64,000 bases of DNA from an uncultured Chloroflexia bacterium (lineage in GTDB: Bacteria; Chloroflexota; Limnocylindria; Limnocylindrales; CSP1-4), in contig CAWHHU010000003.1 in the NCBI GenBank assembly GCA_963829295.1, forward strand, positions 360,157 through 424,156, written 5' to 3'. The notes under the pieces were generated by a model. The model made no database searches, was not told where the DNA came from, and saw only the letters and a program-made list of their open reading frames with translations. Numbering within the stretch: position 1 is the first letter of the stretch; each line of letters begins with the position of its first letter. Below are positions 37,371-46,222 of the stretch, piece after piece. The translations under genes were made by a program, and so were the position numbers.

Positions 37371-37877
37371 TCAGCAGTTTGGATTAACCCCGGTCAGCTT
37401 CCGATCCCTTGGCTGGACAAATACCGGTGAGTCCGGCACGCCCCTTGGGAGGGCATGATTGTCACGATACGCGCAGCCACACGCGTATGTATTGCACGCG
37501 CCTGCTGGGCACCAACAATCACAGCAGTACCAAAGAACGCCATAACAGACAGCAGACCAACAGTTGCCTGGACTCCAGTATTCCGTGTCCGGATAGCACC
37601 CGCCCTGACACGAAGATCCGCTCGATGAACACTTGCTCGACGGGCAATTCACTCCTCCCGGAGGGCTACAGCAGGCAATCGCCTCAACGTCCAGAACGCC
37701 CAAGGCACCTTCGGCCAGTGACGCCGCCGTCGCCGCGAATACGAACTGGAGACCCCTCCGCAAGAGCTGTCTACGATTGCGCCGACGCGCGAACTCCTCC
37801 GCAGCAAGGCCGAATGATCCGGGCTGTGCTTCCCGATCGAACTCCAGTCTGGGCGAGTTCGGATCATCTCCTGTCAT
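37371..37877 (-). CDS. Tat-signal, cysteine-rich (16 Cys, 4 Trp) small secreted protein with local MauA-like (methylamine dehydrogenase light chain) motifs
   Basis: ATG at 37877 has a strong SD (GAGGAGGG) and lies 1 nt after the MauD-like stop. The ~60-aa leader carries RRRNRRQLLRRGLQFVFAATAASLA (twin-arginine). The mature region is IACCSPPGGVNCPSSKCSSSGSSCQGGCYPDTEYWSPGNCWSAVCYGVLWYCCDCWCPAGACNTYACGCAYRDNH. Compare MauA ICDCSGGSLTNCPPGT...ASW57VASCY...YRDCCG. Confidence 0.6.
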   Translation of the reverse strand: MTGDDPNSPRLEFDREAQPGSFGLAAEEFARRRNRRQLLRRGLQFVFAATAASLAEGALGVLDVEAIACCSPPGGVNCPSSKCSSSGSSCQGGCYPDTEYWSPGNCWSAVCYGVLWYCCDCWCPAGACNTYACGCAYRDNHALPRGVPDSPVFVQPRDRKLTGVNPNC

Positions 37878-37878
37878 A

Positions 37879-38412
37879 TCAGCCCTCCTCAGAGCGGGGG
37901 TGTTCCAGGTTCTCAATCCGGAATAGGTCAATCGCGTGGTTTACGACGCCCTTGGCCCTAACCACCCCATCTCTGACATGTATCGCAAAGGGGCTCACTC
38001 GAACCCGAAGCCTCGAGGCCAGATCAGAATCCGTACCGGCAGCCTCCAATCCAGATGCAGCTGCCCAGTAGGGAAGAGCGCCGCCGTCGGTCTGTACGAG
38101 CAGGTGAAGACCAAGGTGGTCAATCTCTTGGCGCTCGAAAGTGCCAAGCTCTTCGATCAAGCTCTCGCAGATCCCGCAGCCGTTCAGACCGAACAACAAG
38201 AGGTGGTTGCCGCTAGAAACATCGATGCTGCCGTCATGTACACGGACTTGATCAAGGCTCGTGCCCACTCGTGGACCATCGCGCGTCGTTGCGCCCCGCG
38301 TGCGCAGATACAGATGACCGAGCTCTCGGTACAGCGACAGCAGTAGCACAAGAATAGCGACGACCACGAGCCAAAGCAGGACGTAGCTGGCGACAAAGAA
38401 ACCTCCGCTCAT
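37879..38412 (-). CDS. MauD-like membrane-anchored thioredoxin-fold thiol-disulfide oxidoreductase (CGIC active site)
   Basis: N-terminal TM anchor, then LLLFGLNGCGICESL (CXXC) and the thioredoxin fold. Located between the MauE-like gene and the Cys-rich gene. Confidence 0.6.
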   Translation of the reverse strand: MSGGFFVASYVLLWLVVVAILVLLLSLYRELGHLYLRTRGATTRDGPRVGTSLDQVRVHDGSIDVSSGNHLLLFGLNGCGICESLIEELGTFERQEIDHLGLHLLVQTDGGALPYWAAASGLEAAGTDSDLASRLRVRVSPFAIHVRDGVVRAKGVVNHAIDLFRIENLEHPRSEEG

Positions 38413-38414
38413 GG

Positions 38415-38906
38415 TCAGGCTACTTCGTAGAAGTGACGCACAGCGCCAAGAATCAGGGCACCAAGCGGAATGATCGCGCCAGCAATGCGAATGGTAATCG
38501 CATCAGCCATGGCTTCTTCTGGAAGCGACTGCCGGCCGAAGCTCAGCCAGATGAGTAGCAACCCCAGAGAGAGGAAGACAACGGCGTGCACGTACGAGTA
38601 CGTGGCAGCTTCGTCCAATTGTCCGTAGCACCCGCAGCGCAGCCCGGGATGGCGGCGCGCCATGAACGCTTGTACGACAGCAAATCCGATGAAGAGCGCC
38701 GCCGCCGGCACCGCAAACGGCTGTGGGCCGAGCAACAGCAGGCCGGCGAAGACCTCAGCGAGGACGAGAGTCCCAATCAGCGTTGCGCGACGTCGGTCCG
38801 TTGGCCACGCGACGTCCGCCGTCCCACGCATCAACTTGCCTGCAGCGGCCCCGAGAAGGATCCAACCCCCGCCAAATGCGGCGACCCAGTAGAGGCTCGA
38901 ATCCAT
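38415..38906 (-). CDS. MauE/DoxX-family membrane protein
   Basis: A 4-TM, ~160-aa protein with RCGCYG in TM3, as in methylamine-utilisation MauE-like proteins. Its stop lies 2 nt before the MauD-like start. Confidence 0.55.
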   Translation of the reverse strand: MDSSLYWVAAFGGGWILLGAAAGKLMRGTADVAWPTDRRRATLIGTLVLAEVFAGLLLLGPQPFAVPAAALFIGFAVVQAFMARRHPGLRCGCYGQLDEAATYSYVHAVVFLSLGLLLIWLSFGRQSLPEEAMADAITIRIAGAIIPLGALILGAVRHFYEVA

Positions 38907-39352
38907 AGACGCCTCACCCCCACTTCCTTCGCGAGCATTATCGGCGTCGGTGTCAAGGGTCCGAGGTAATCAAGTGCAAGGACGATCGGCCAATCGACCG
39001 TGATGTTCGGCGCGAGATCCTCAGGCCCAGTAGGTCACGATGGCCGCGGGGAGGCGGATCTGAAAGGCTCACAGCCTCACACTTGATAGCGGGGTCCGCG
39101 AGGCACGCCACGCCAGCGAGCTCGAGCGGCGCGGATCGCCTGAGTTGACCGGAGATTGGCGGCCCGCTTCAGCAACTCCCCGTCGGGAAGGTCGGGATGC
39201 AGGCGGCGGGCCTCGACGATGAACCGATCACCAGCTGCCGCCCTCGCGGCCGCGGTCGCGGCCGTTCGATCGCGCACCCGCGCCCCAGCGTTCGTGGGCC
39301 GCGAGCCGTGCGATCGTGGCTCGACAGAGGGAGTGGCGCGGCTTCGATCCGC

Positions 39353-40120
39353 TCACCGGAGCGCCTCGTCACGCTCCTCGTCGCCGCCCTCACCGAGCAG
39401 GTGTAGCCACCCCTCGGTGGCACCTGGCGTCGGACAATGCCGCGGCATCGGATGGGCAAGGAGGTCGCCGAGCGCCGACCGGTGGCCGCCGGGGAACAGC
39501 GGCCCGATGCTGGTCCCGAGCCCTGCCCTCCGGAGCTCGCCGAGCCCGAGCGCCCAGGCCCGACCGGCGAGCTCAGGGTGACCGCCGTCCCGCCGGACGA
39601 CCCGGGCGAGGAAGCCGACCCGCTCTCGACCCGGAGCCACGAACAGGACATGCGAGCCCTGCCGGCGAGCGCGGTGGCGTAGCGGGCGAGCTTGTCGCGG
39701 CTGTCGGGTCGGTGCTCGGTGCCCTCGTCGATCTCGAGGCACAGGACGCCCGACGCCGTCGACTCCCGCAGGACGACGATGCTGGCGGGGTAGACGCCGG
39801 CGAGGAGTTGGGTCGCGTTGCCCTCCGGGTGCTAGAGCTGGACGATCGGTTCGGCGGTGGGCTCCGAGCGGACGAGGGCGCAGATGCTCTCGACGACGTT
39901 GAGCGAGTGGCCCAGTTGCGTGCCGGCGCGGAAATGGGTGAGCGACTTGTGGCCGAGACTTGTAGCCGAGACGGCGGCGACCGCGGGCCGAGACGCGGAA
40001 GGCGAGCGACGCACAACCGCGCGTCTGTGGTGGGAGGACGGCGCGATCGACGTAGCCGAGGCGGTGGAGGACCGCGAGACGCTGCTGGGCGGTCTGCCGG
40101 CGGCGGTTGACGAGGGTCAC
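39353..40120 (-). pseudogene. Replication-relaxation family pseudogene (paralogue of 27743..28684; frameshifts and internal stop)
   Basis: The N-terminus QRLAVLHRLGYVDRAVL is the Replic_Relax HTH. Homology to copy A continues in a second frame (LNVVESICALV..PASIVVLRES...EIDEGTEH...KLARYATALAGR) through a TAG at 39832-39834. Confidence 0.5.
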
Positions 40121-40276
40121 AAGCTGAGCGGTCGTGGCAACGTCGCAGCGGCAGAGAATCCGCGGGCGGGCCCGGTCACGGGTGCGGAGGCACCCCGGAT
40201 CGATGACTAGCCGGCGATCACATGCGGGAGCGGATCATGACGAGGCCCAGATCTCGCACGCGTTCGAGGACATGCT

Positions 40277-41228
40277 CAACCAGGGGCTTCATCGACCCTC
40301 GATTTCGAGGGCGGCCCAGTCCCATCTCCTCTCCGGCGGCACGGCCATGAACCCCGGAGCCACCGATCGATCCACGCCGCCGTCGCGAGGGGACGGAGCC
40401 TTCCGATCGACCGGCCGGCCGCCGGGCCGCACGGTCACGGCGCCGGCCTCGAGGGTGACGACCCGCCACGGCGTCTGCGACCGGCAGGGCGACGGCCCCG
40501 ACCCTGATTGACACGGCGGACGGCTTGCGCTGGCAGCCATGGTTCCGCCGAGACGTCGAGCGGGCGGTCGACCGCCGAGGTCAGCCGCCGGCTTCGACCC
40601 TAGCCACTTCGGCCGTCGCAGGGAACCCGGATTCCGTGCAAGATTCTGTGTATTGTCAGCTCCGCTACGTCCCGATTGACACCCACGATGACGTGTGCAA
40701 CGCTCCCATCGTGCTCAAGACGAAGCGGCCGCCTGGGCGGGCGCGGCCACCGATCCCGACTTTGTCGGCGAGGCCGCCGAGCTCGAGGCGGCATATGGCG
40801 ACGCCGAGCCGGCCACGTGGCCGAGACCGTAGGGCTGCCAGCGCTCCGCTGGGCCGTCGTGATCGTCGGACTCGATCCGGTGGAGGGTCACGAGCAGGCC
40901 GGTGAGCGGCGGGCGCTGGTCGTGAGCTATGAGGCGTTCCACCGCTCGGGGCTGCTGACCGTGTGTCCGATCAGCGCCGCCCGCGAGAAGCCGCGCTATC
41001 CGGGCGAGGTCGCGATCCCGGCCGGCGAAGGTGGCCAGACGAAGTCCGGGCTCATCCTGTGCGCCCAGGTCCGGACGATCTCGGTCCGTCGGATCCGGGC
41101 GACCGGCATCCTGCCCGGTGGCGGCGTCGCCCACCTCACCGACGCCCGGATCCGCTCGGCGGTGCGAGCGGCCCTCCGACACCACCTCGGGCTCGATATC
41201 CCAGCCCAGTCGGACGGGGCGGCGAGCG
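40277..41228. repeat. Copy B of the duplicated TA segment, with an internal 136-bp deletion
   Basis: Identical to 29409..30496 minus the 136 bp between two GACGAAGCGG direct repeats (A: 29851-29860 and 29987-29996). Confidence 0.85.
40711..40832 (+). pseudogene. RHH antitoxin remnant (RHH domain deleted, downstream frame shifted)
   Basis: VLKTKR is followed directly by the post-deletion sequence. The 136-nt deletion is not a multiple of 3. Confidence 0.5.
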
Positions 41229-41353
41229 CGATAGGGGTTGACCTGGCGCAGCGCGAAGACGGGACCGTCACGAAGCCCGAGCGACCCGAGGGTGAAGCCA
41301 TGACGCCGTCGCCCGGCGTGTCAGACGACCGGCAGCCAACAGAAAGGAGGTGA
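40817..41353 (+). CDS. mazF: MazF/PemK-family toxin, copy 2 (intact core, divergent C-terminus)
   Basis: Identical to copy A through ...DIPAQSDGAAS, then a different 40-aa tail. Confidence 0.7.
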   Translation: MAETVGLPALRWAVVIVGLDPVEGHEQAGERRALVVSYEAFHRSGLLTVCPISAAREKPRYPGEVAIPAGEGGQTKSGLILCAQVRTISVRRIRATGILPGGGVAHLTDARIRSAVRAALRHHLGLDIPAQSDGAASAIGVDLAQREDGTVTKPERPEGEAMTPSPGVSDDRQPTERR

Positions 41354-41811
41354 TCGTCAGGGGGTGAAGAGCGCCCAGGTGTCAGGCGCTGCGCGGCCTC
41401 CGACGCCGAGTGATCGAAAACTCCAGACTGACTGATCACTTTCGCCGGGATACGCATCATCGTCCAGTCCCGCTGAGTCGCTGCCGTGGCTGGCACACGG
41501 CGGAGTAGGTGTCAGCGGGATCTCCCGTCCGTTGTCCGTTTGGGAAGGAGATTTTCCCACGCGATTTGACGAGGGCTCGGCTCCACGGCGCAGTCATCGG
41601 TGTGGGCGGCGGCGCTCCTCGAGCCGTCGGCCGACGACGCGACCCGTCCCCGATCTCGTGGCGCCCATCGCGGTTCGCGACCTCGTCAACCCTGCCGCGT
41701 TTCGGGGCGGCCGTCCGGACCGAGCTCGAGGCGACGCGCGGGTGCTCTGGTGGAACGTCTTGCCCGTGCCCGTTACCTCCGGCTCGTTCTGACGCCTCGG
41801 TCGCTGATGGC

Positions 41812-42369
41812 CTACTCGACAACCAGCTCCCGGATCTCCATCACGGCTCCCTTGACCGCGAAGTCCACGTCCCACACGAGGACTGCTTCGACCGGCTCGA
41901 CCCCGGCGACGCGAGGACGATCCCATGCGACATCAGTGAACGGCGGAGCGCCCGCGACGAGCGAGCGGAACTCGACACGTGTCCCCGCAACTCGATAGAC
42001 GTCGACATCGCCGTTCACGATCCTGAATGACGTGCTGGAGTGAACACCCTCCGCGAACGCGAGGTGGCCGATGACGAGCTCATGGTGGCCGACGCCGCCG
42101 ACCGGGACCGACAGCGCGTCGATCCGTAGCGGCGTGCCCTTGGCCCGGTTCTCCGGATCGAGCGTCGGATACGGCGTGCCGCACGGTCCATCCTCAGTCT
42201 CGCAAGGGGCGTCGCCCGTATCCGGCCACGCCAGGAAGGGTTGGTTCCACTCATAGGTGGCGTGGCCCGCGACTGCGTTGAGTGGTGACGGAGTGGGCTG
42301 GGTCGCGCATCCAGCAACGACCAAGGCTAGGACGATGACCTCCGCGAGGCCACGAACCGGTCGACTCAT
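41812..42369 (-). CDS. Lipoprotein, hypothetical
   Basis: Signal peptide with lipobox LVVAGC (MSRPVRGLAEVIVLALVVAGCATQ). Confidence 0.5.
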   Translation of the reverse strand: MSRPVRGLAEVIVLALVVAGCATQPTPSPLNAVAGHATYEWNQPFLAWPDTGDAPCETEDGPCGTPYPTLDPENRAKGTPLRIDALSVPVGGVGHHELVIGHLAFAEGVHSSTSFRIVNGDVDVYRVAGTRVEFRSLVAGAPPFTDVAWDRPRVAGVEPVEAVLVWDVDFAVKGAVMEIRELVVE

Positions 42370-42380
42370 TGGACCCCTAT

Positions 42381-43280
42381 TCAGTGCAGCGAAGTCCAGG
42401 CTTCCACGCTGTCGCCCTGTGACACTACGGTCTTGATCTGACAGTGATACCAGGAAGGGGCCGGATCATGTCGGCATCCACCCTGATTATTGTAATCGTA
42501 CGGAGCTGGTTCATTTCCCATACCATTTCGGACGAACCACGTCGAGGAATTCTCTCGCCGATACTGCAGCCACCGCAGGCTAATGTTGCCCGTGTTGGTG
42601 TGGCCTATCGCATCCATCGTGTTCTTCGTCTCATTCACCCACCAAGCTAGCTTCGCATAGTGGCTCCACGTTCGCGATATGTAGGTGCAGACGTACGACT
42701 CACCGTTGCTCTTATTTCGAATACAGATCTGCCACTCTGGACGTGGGTAGGGCTCCGAAGTATAGACGCCCTGAATGCGGAATCTGTAGACGCAGGTCGT
42801 GCACACGGCATTGCCGCTGTGATACCAGGTTGCAACTGCAAGTTGGCCGGATTGGTAGCTTCCAGTGCCGTGGTCAAATGGGGTGTAGACCATTATGGTG
42901 CTGTCCATCGACGAGTCTTCGTAGAAGCCAACCTGGACGAGTCCGCCGTTGGTCAAGTTCTCTTGGAGATTCGCCGGGAGGACTGCCGAAAAGCCGGAGT
43001 GACTCGAAGACGCGCCGTAACAGGTCGCGCGGTCCCTGGCGTAGCCTTCACCAATGACGCCATTGAACTCATCGGTGTCAATATTTGTCTCTTTGTGGAC
43101 ATACATGTGGTACTGGCTGGCGGCCTGCTGGCCTAGGTCGCAGTCGTACGTGTAGTGGGAGCTCGCCTGCGCGGCCCGAGGCATGAACGCCAAAGCCAAG
43201 ATCAGGGAAAGGGCGACCGACCATGCAGGCTTCCCTGGTCGCCTTCGTGGAGAGCTCACAATGCCGCGGTCCGCGTGCAT
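42381..43280 (-). CDS. Secreted Tyr/Trp-rich hypothetical protein (low GC)
   Basis: Signal peptide ...AWSVALSLILALAFMPRAAQA. ~280-aa mature protein with many W/Y/N/T residues and 6 Cys. The start at M16 (43280) versus 43325 is uncertain. Confidence 0.5.
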   Translation of the reverse strand: MHADRGIVSSPRRRPGKPAWSVALSLILALAFMPRAAQASSHYTYDCDLGQQAASQYHMYVHKETNIDTDEFNGVIGEGYARDRATCYGASSSHSGFSAVLPANLQENLTNGGLVQVGFYEDSSMDSTIMVYTPFDHGTGSYQSGQLAVATWYHSGNAVCTTCVYRFRIQGVYTSEPYPRPEWQICIRNKSNGESYVCTYISRTWSHYAKLAWWVNETKNTMDAIGHTNTGNISLRWLQYRRENSSTWFVRNGMGNEPAPYDYNNQGGCRHDPAPSWYHCQIKTVVSQGDSVEAWTSLH

Positions 43281-43422
43281 GGCCGGTGTCTTCGGCGTCA
43301 CCGTGCTCACAGCATGTACATCCATGCCGACAAGTCAAGTCATCTACGGTGAAGGGTTCAGTTTCCCGATTCCGGCTCCTCTGTACCGGTAGCATGCGAT
43401 CCCCCTGCAGACGAGGAGATCC

Positions 43423-43700
43423 ATGCTGTTCTCGCTCGTGTACTTCGCGCCCTGCCGTCTCCTCGGAGCCGGAGGCCGCCAACAGGTCGAGAGGGACATC
43501 GAGCTCCTCGTGCTCCGCCACCAGGTGAAGGTGCTCCAGCGGCGGGTCAAGCGTCCCAGGCTCAACCGTCTCGACCGGGTCCTGCTCGCGGCCGCGAGCA
43601 CCGGGTTGCCGAGAGGCAGCTGAATGTCGTTCATGGTGCGGCCGGAGACCCTGCTGCGGTGGCACCGGGAGCTCGTCCGGAGGAAGTGGACGTAACCAGG
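43423..43700 (+). pseudogene. N-terminal fragment (~90 aa) of an integrase-core-type transposase (IS remnant)
   Basis: DIELLVLRHQVKVLQRRVKRPRLNRLDRVLLAAAS...(frame change)...MVRPETLLRWHRELVRRKWT matches the conserved N-terminal region of actinobacterial DDE transposases. The catalytic domain is absent. Confidence 0.45.
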
Positions 43701-44426
43701 CTTGCGGGCCAGGATCTCGAGATAGTGGTCGAGGAGGAGGGTCTGGCTGCCCCGGACCGTGCTCCGCTCGTGACGGGACAACGACCGATCCGGCATCGGT
43801 GACCTCGATCGCGGTACCCCCGATGCGCGCGACGAGCGTCCGCCCCACGTACCGCGCCGGGACCGAGTAGAAGCACTGGCGGACGCACACCCGTGATCGG
43901 GCGTCACCTTGACCGGGGTCATCCGCGCGAAGTCAAAGGGTTCCGCCGGCAGCGGGTGCAGGGCCGCCCCGGTCGGCCTCGCCCATGGCGCCGACCGTGG
44001 CCCGACGGCTGCCGATGTGGCGCGGCTGCAGAGGGTGTTGATCCGCCGGATCTTGACAACGGCCCTTCTTCATAGTGGTGGCGGGCCGCTGGCGCGGCCA
44101 CCCGAGACCGATGAAAGTAGGCGCGCGCCCCGGAGCCGGGCCATCAGCACCTCGCCTGATCCGGGCGGCGCCAGCGAACAGTGCTCAGCCTTCGAGCGAT
44201 GTCGGGGTTCCAACTGGCTAGGCGATCCCCTGCCACTGGACCCTTGAATTCGAGCACCCCACGCCGACCGTGCTGCTAGGCGTCCACGTAGGGGGGATCA
44301 GCCGATGAGCGAGTGATGCGGCCGCGGTGGAATGGCTTGGCCGCTCCCTGTTACGTCTCCGGCGGCCCCGTAACCAGCGCTAGCCGTGCCACCCCTAGGA
44401 TGAGACTGCCGTAAGGGGGTTCACAC

Positions 44427-45317
44427 GTGCGACGATTCCTCTTGGCGACCACGCTCGCATTTCTGGTCGTCAGCATTGTCTGCAACTCCGTATCCGCGAG
44501 TGTCTGGACGGGCGCCCGCGGGATCTGGACCAACATCAACGCATTCAAGTCTCCATGCCTCGGGTTCGACGACGCCTACCCGGCAGAGATGCGGAAGCAG
44601 GCGAAGGACGGGCTCGATGCCATCGGCTGGTATGCCGGGTACAACGTTTCGGGCGCCGACTTCACTAAAAGCGCGTTCCTCAACGCGCTCACGTCCGTGA
44701 AGAACGAGACGTACGGCGAAGGTGCCGTCTACGTCCACAGCCACGGCGACGTCTACCGGAGTTCAAGTATCCGGGCTGCGTTCCTCACGGATCCTGGCGT
44801 CGGCGACTGCAATGATTGGTCGACCGACAACATCTCCAACTTCGCGATCAAAGCCAAGTTCGATGCCTCGCCGACCCAAGAGGGCCCGACCCCGATCGTG
44901 ATCATGTCGACGTGCTGGCTTGGCGCTGCTACGCATCCAGTCAAGGATCTCGAGAACAAGATGCCCGAGGCATTCGGGATCGCCAAGAACAAAACCCAGA
45001 ACGACGGCTTCTACATGGGCTACAAGTGGGAGACGTACGACTCGGCCCAGTACAAGTTCGAAGGGCGGTTCTTCGACTACATCGACGCCAACCCAGCCTA
45101 CCGTACCTTCAAGCAGGCATTTACCTACGCGAAGAACCTAGGCGGATACTCTGCGCCGTCCGGCAATCCCGTTCGTCCCGAACTGGTTCGGATCGCCGTA
45201 CGATTGAAAGGGGGGAAGCTGGATGAACGCGATCGCGAAGAGTATTGCGTCGGTGGCACTTGTCGTGCTGCTGACGTCCAGCATCACAGGCGACATCGGG
45301 GCAGTGTCCGCCGTTGA
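44427..45317 (+). CDS. Secreted protein, possible clan-CD-like cysteine peptidase (His...Cys dyad); C-terminus uncertain
   Basis: Signal peptide VRRFLLATTLAFLVVSIVCNSVSASVW (GTG start). VYVHSHGD and ...IVIMSTCWLGAA lie ~55 aa apart, as in caspase-like H/C dyads. Low GC. Confidence 0.4.
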   Translation: MRRFLLATTLAFLVVSIVCNSVSASVWTGARGIWTNINAFKSPCLGFDDAYPAEMRKQAKDGLDAIGWYAGYNVSGADFTKSAFLNALTSVKNETYGEGAVYVHSHGDVYRSSSIRAAFLTDPGVGDCNDWSTDNISNFAIKAKFDASPTQEGPTPIVIMSTCWLGAATHPVKDLENKMPEAFGIAKNKTQNDGFYMGYKWETYDSAQYKFEGRFFDYIDANPAYRTFKQAFTYAKNLGGYSAPSGNPVRPELVRIAVRLKGGKLDERDREEYCVGGTCRAADVQHHRRHRGSVRR

Positions 45318-46104
45318 TCAGTCAGTCGGTGCCGCAGTCGATCCAGGGGCGGTCGCCGCCCTCTCGGACGACGACCTGCGCACCGAGCACGATCGCATGC
45401 GGGACGCGCTCGGTTTCCCTCGCGGTCGGACCACGACGGTAAGCCGCTTGGTCGGCCGCGGCCACCTGAATGACCAGGTCGAGGAGACCGACCAGCGAGG
45501 CCATCCGGTCGTACTCTCCGAGTTCGCCCCGGGCCAGTCTCTCGTCGCCTCGATGCGGCTCGACCAGGGTCCGTCCGAAGCCCGCTTGGTAACCGCGTCC
45601 ACGGCGGCTGCAAACGCACGGAGTGCTCGCGCTGCGCTCGGGTTCGGCGACTCGGCGCCGGACCAAATCTGGGATGACGACTCTACGGGCGGCTGGGGCG
45701 TCGCCTGGGGTCGCACCGAGGCCGGTTACGCGGTCCGCGGTGACGGAACCATCGTCTACGTCTGGCCGGACGGCCGGATCCAGAGCTTCGCCAACCAGGC
45801 TCGCACACTCGCGGCGGCCCCCGGTGCGCGGATCAGCTCCGGAGAAGCGATCATGCTGTCGCAGGCGTTCATCACCTCGCCGGGCCGACAGGGACCGACG
45901 TTCGTCATAGCCAAACCGAGACTCGAATGGGTCAGCCCCAACGGCGCCTTCGATTCCGCACTGCCTGCGGACGGCCTGCCTGTCTTGCGGCTCGCCTGGG
46001 TCGTCGATGCGCAATCGGAGGACGAGAACGCAGTGCCGTGGCTGGTCACCGTGTTCCTTGACGCCGGCAGCAGCCAGACCCTCGGCGGCGAGGTAGTCGA
46101 GTAG
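45223..46104 (+). CDS. Secreted hypothetical protein
   Basis: Signal peptide MNAIAKSIASVALVVLLTSSITGDIGAVSAV. GGGGGG-AAGCTGG-ATG (SD-like). Overlaps the previous ORF by 95 nt in another frame. Confidence 0.45.
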   Translation: MNAIAKSIASVALVVLLTSSITGDIGAVSAVDQSVGAAVDPGAVAALSDDDLRTEHDRMRDALGFPRGRTTTVSRLVGRGHLNDQVEETDQRGHPVVLSEFAPGQSLVASMRLDQGPSEARLVTASTAAANARSARAALGFGDSAPDQIWDDDSTGGWGVAWGRTEAGYAVRGDGTIVYVWPDGRIQSFANQARTLAAAPGARISSGEAIMLSQAFITSPGRQGPTFVIAKPRLEWVSPNGAFDSALPADGLPVLRLAWVVDAQSEDENAVPWLVTVFLDAGSSQTLGGEVVE

Positions 46105-46222
46105 CCAGCGAAGTCTGCGGGCCGGCCACCACATCGAGTGGAGCCGGCCCGCCATCGAGACTGCTGGCGGCATCACGATCATTACCCGAGAAGTCACGCC
46201 TCGTGGAAAGGGAAATGCGCAG

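Noticed and set aside
37371-37877. Cys-rich protein as a radical-SAM-modified RiPP (QhpC/SCIFF-like) precursor
   Set aside because: No radical SAM, YcaO or peptidase-maturase gene is nearby. The protein is large and has a Tat leader rather than a RiPP leader, so a MauA-like or disulfide-folded protein is more consistent.
37371-37931. Cys-rich gene start at 37931, overlapping the MauD-like gene by 53 nt
   Set aside because: The internal ATG at 37877 has a strong GGAGG SD and begins 1 nt after the MauD-like stop. The extra 18 residues are not needed for the Tat leader.
43900-44420. Possible structured ncRNA or riboswitch in the 520-bp non-coding stretch
   Set aside because: No recognisable conserved motif or convincing stable stem-terminator architecture. 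It is more likely decayed intergenic or att-arm DNA between island modules.
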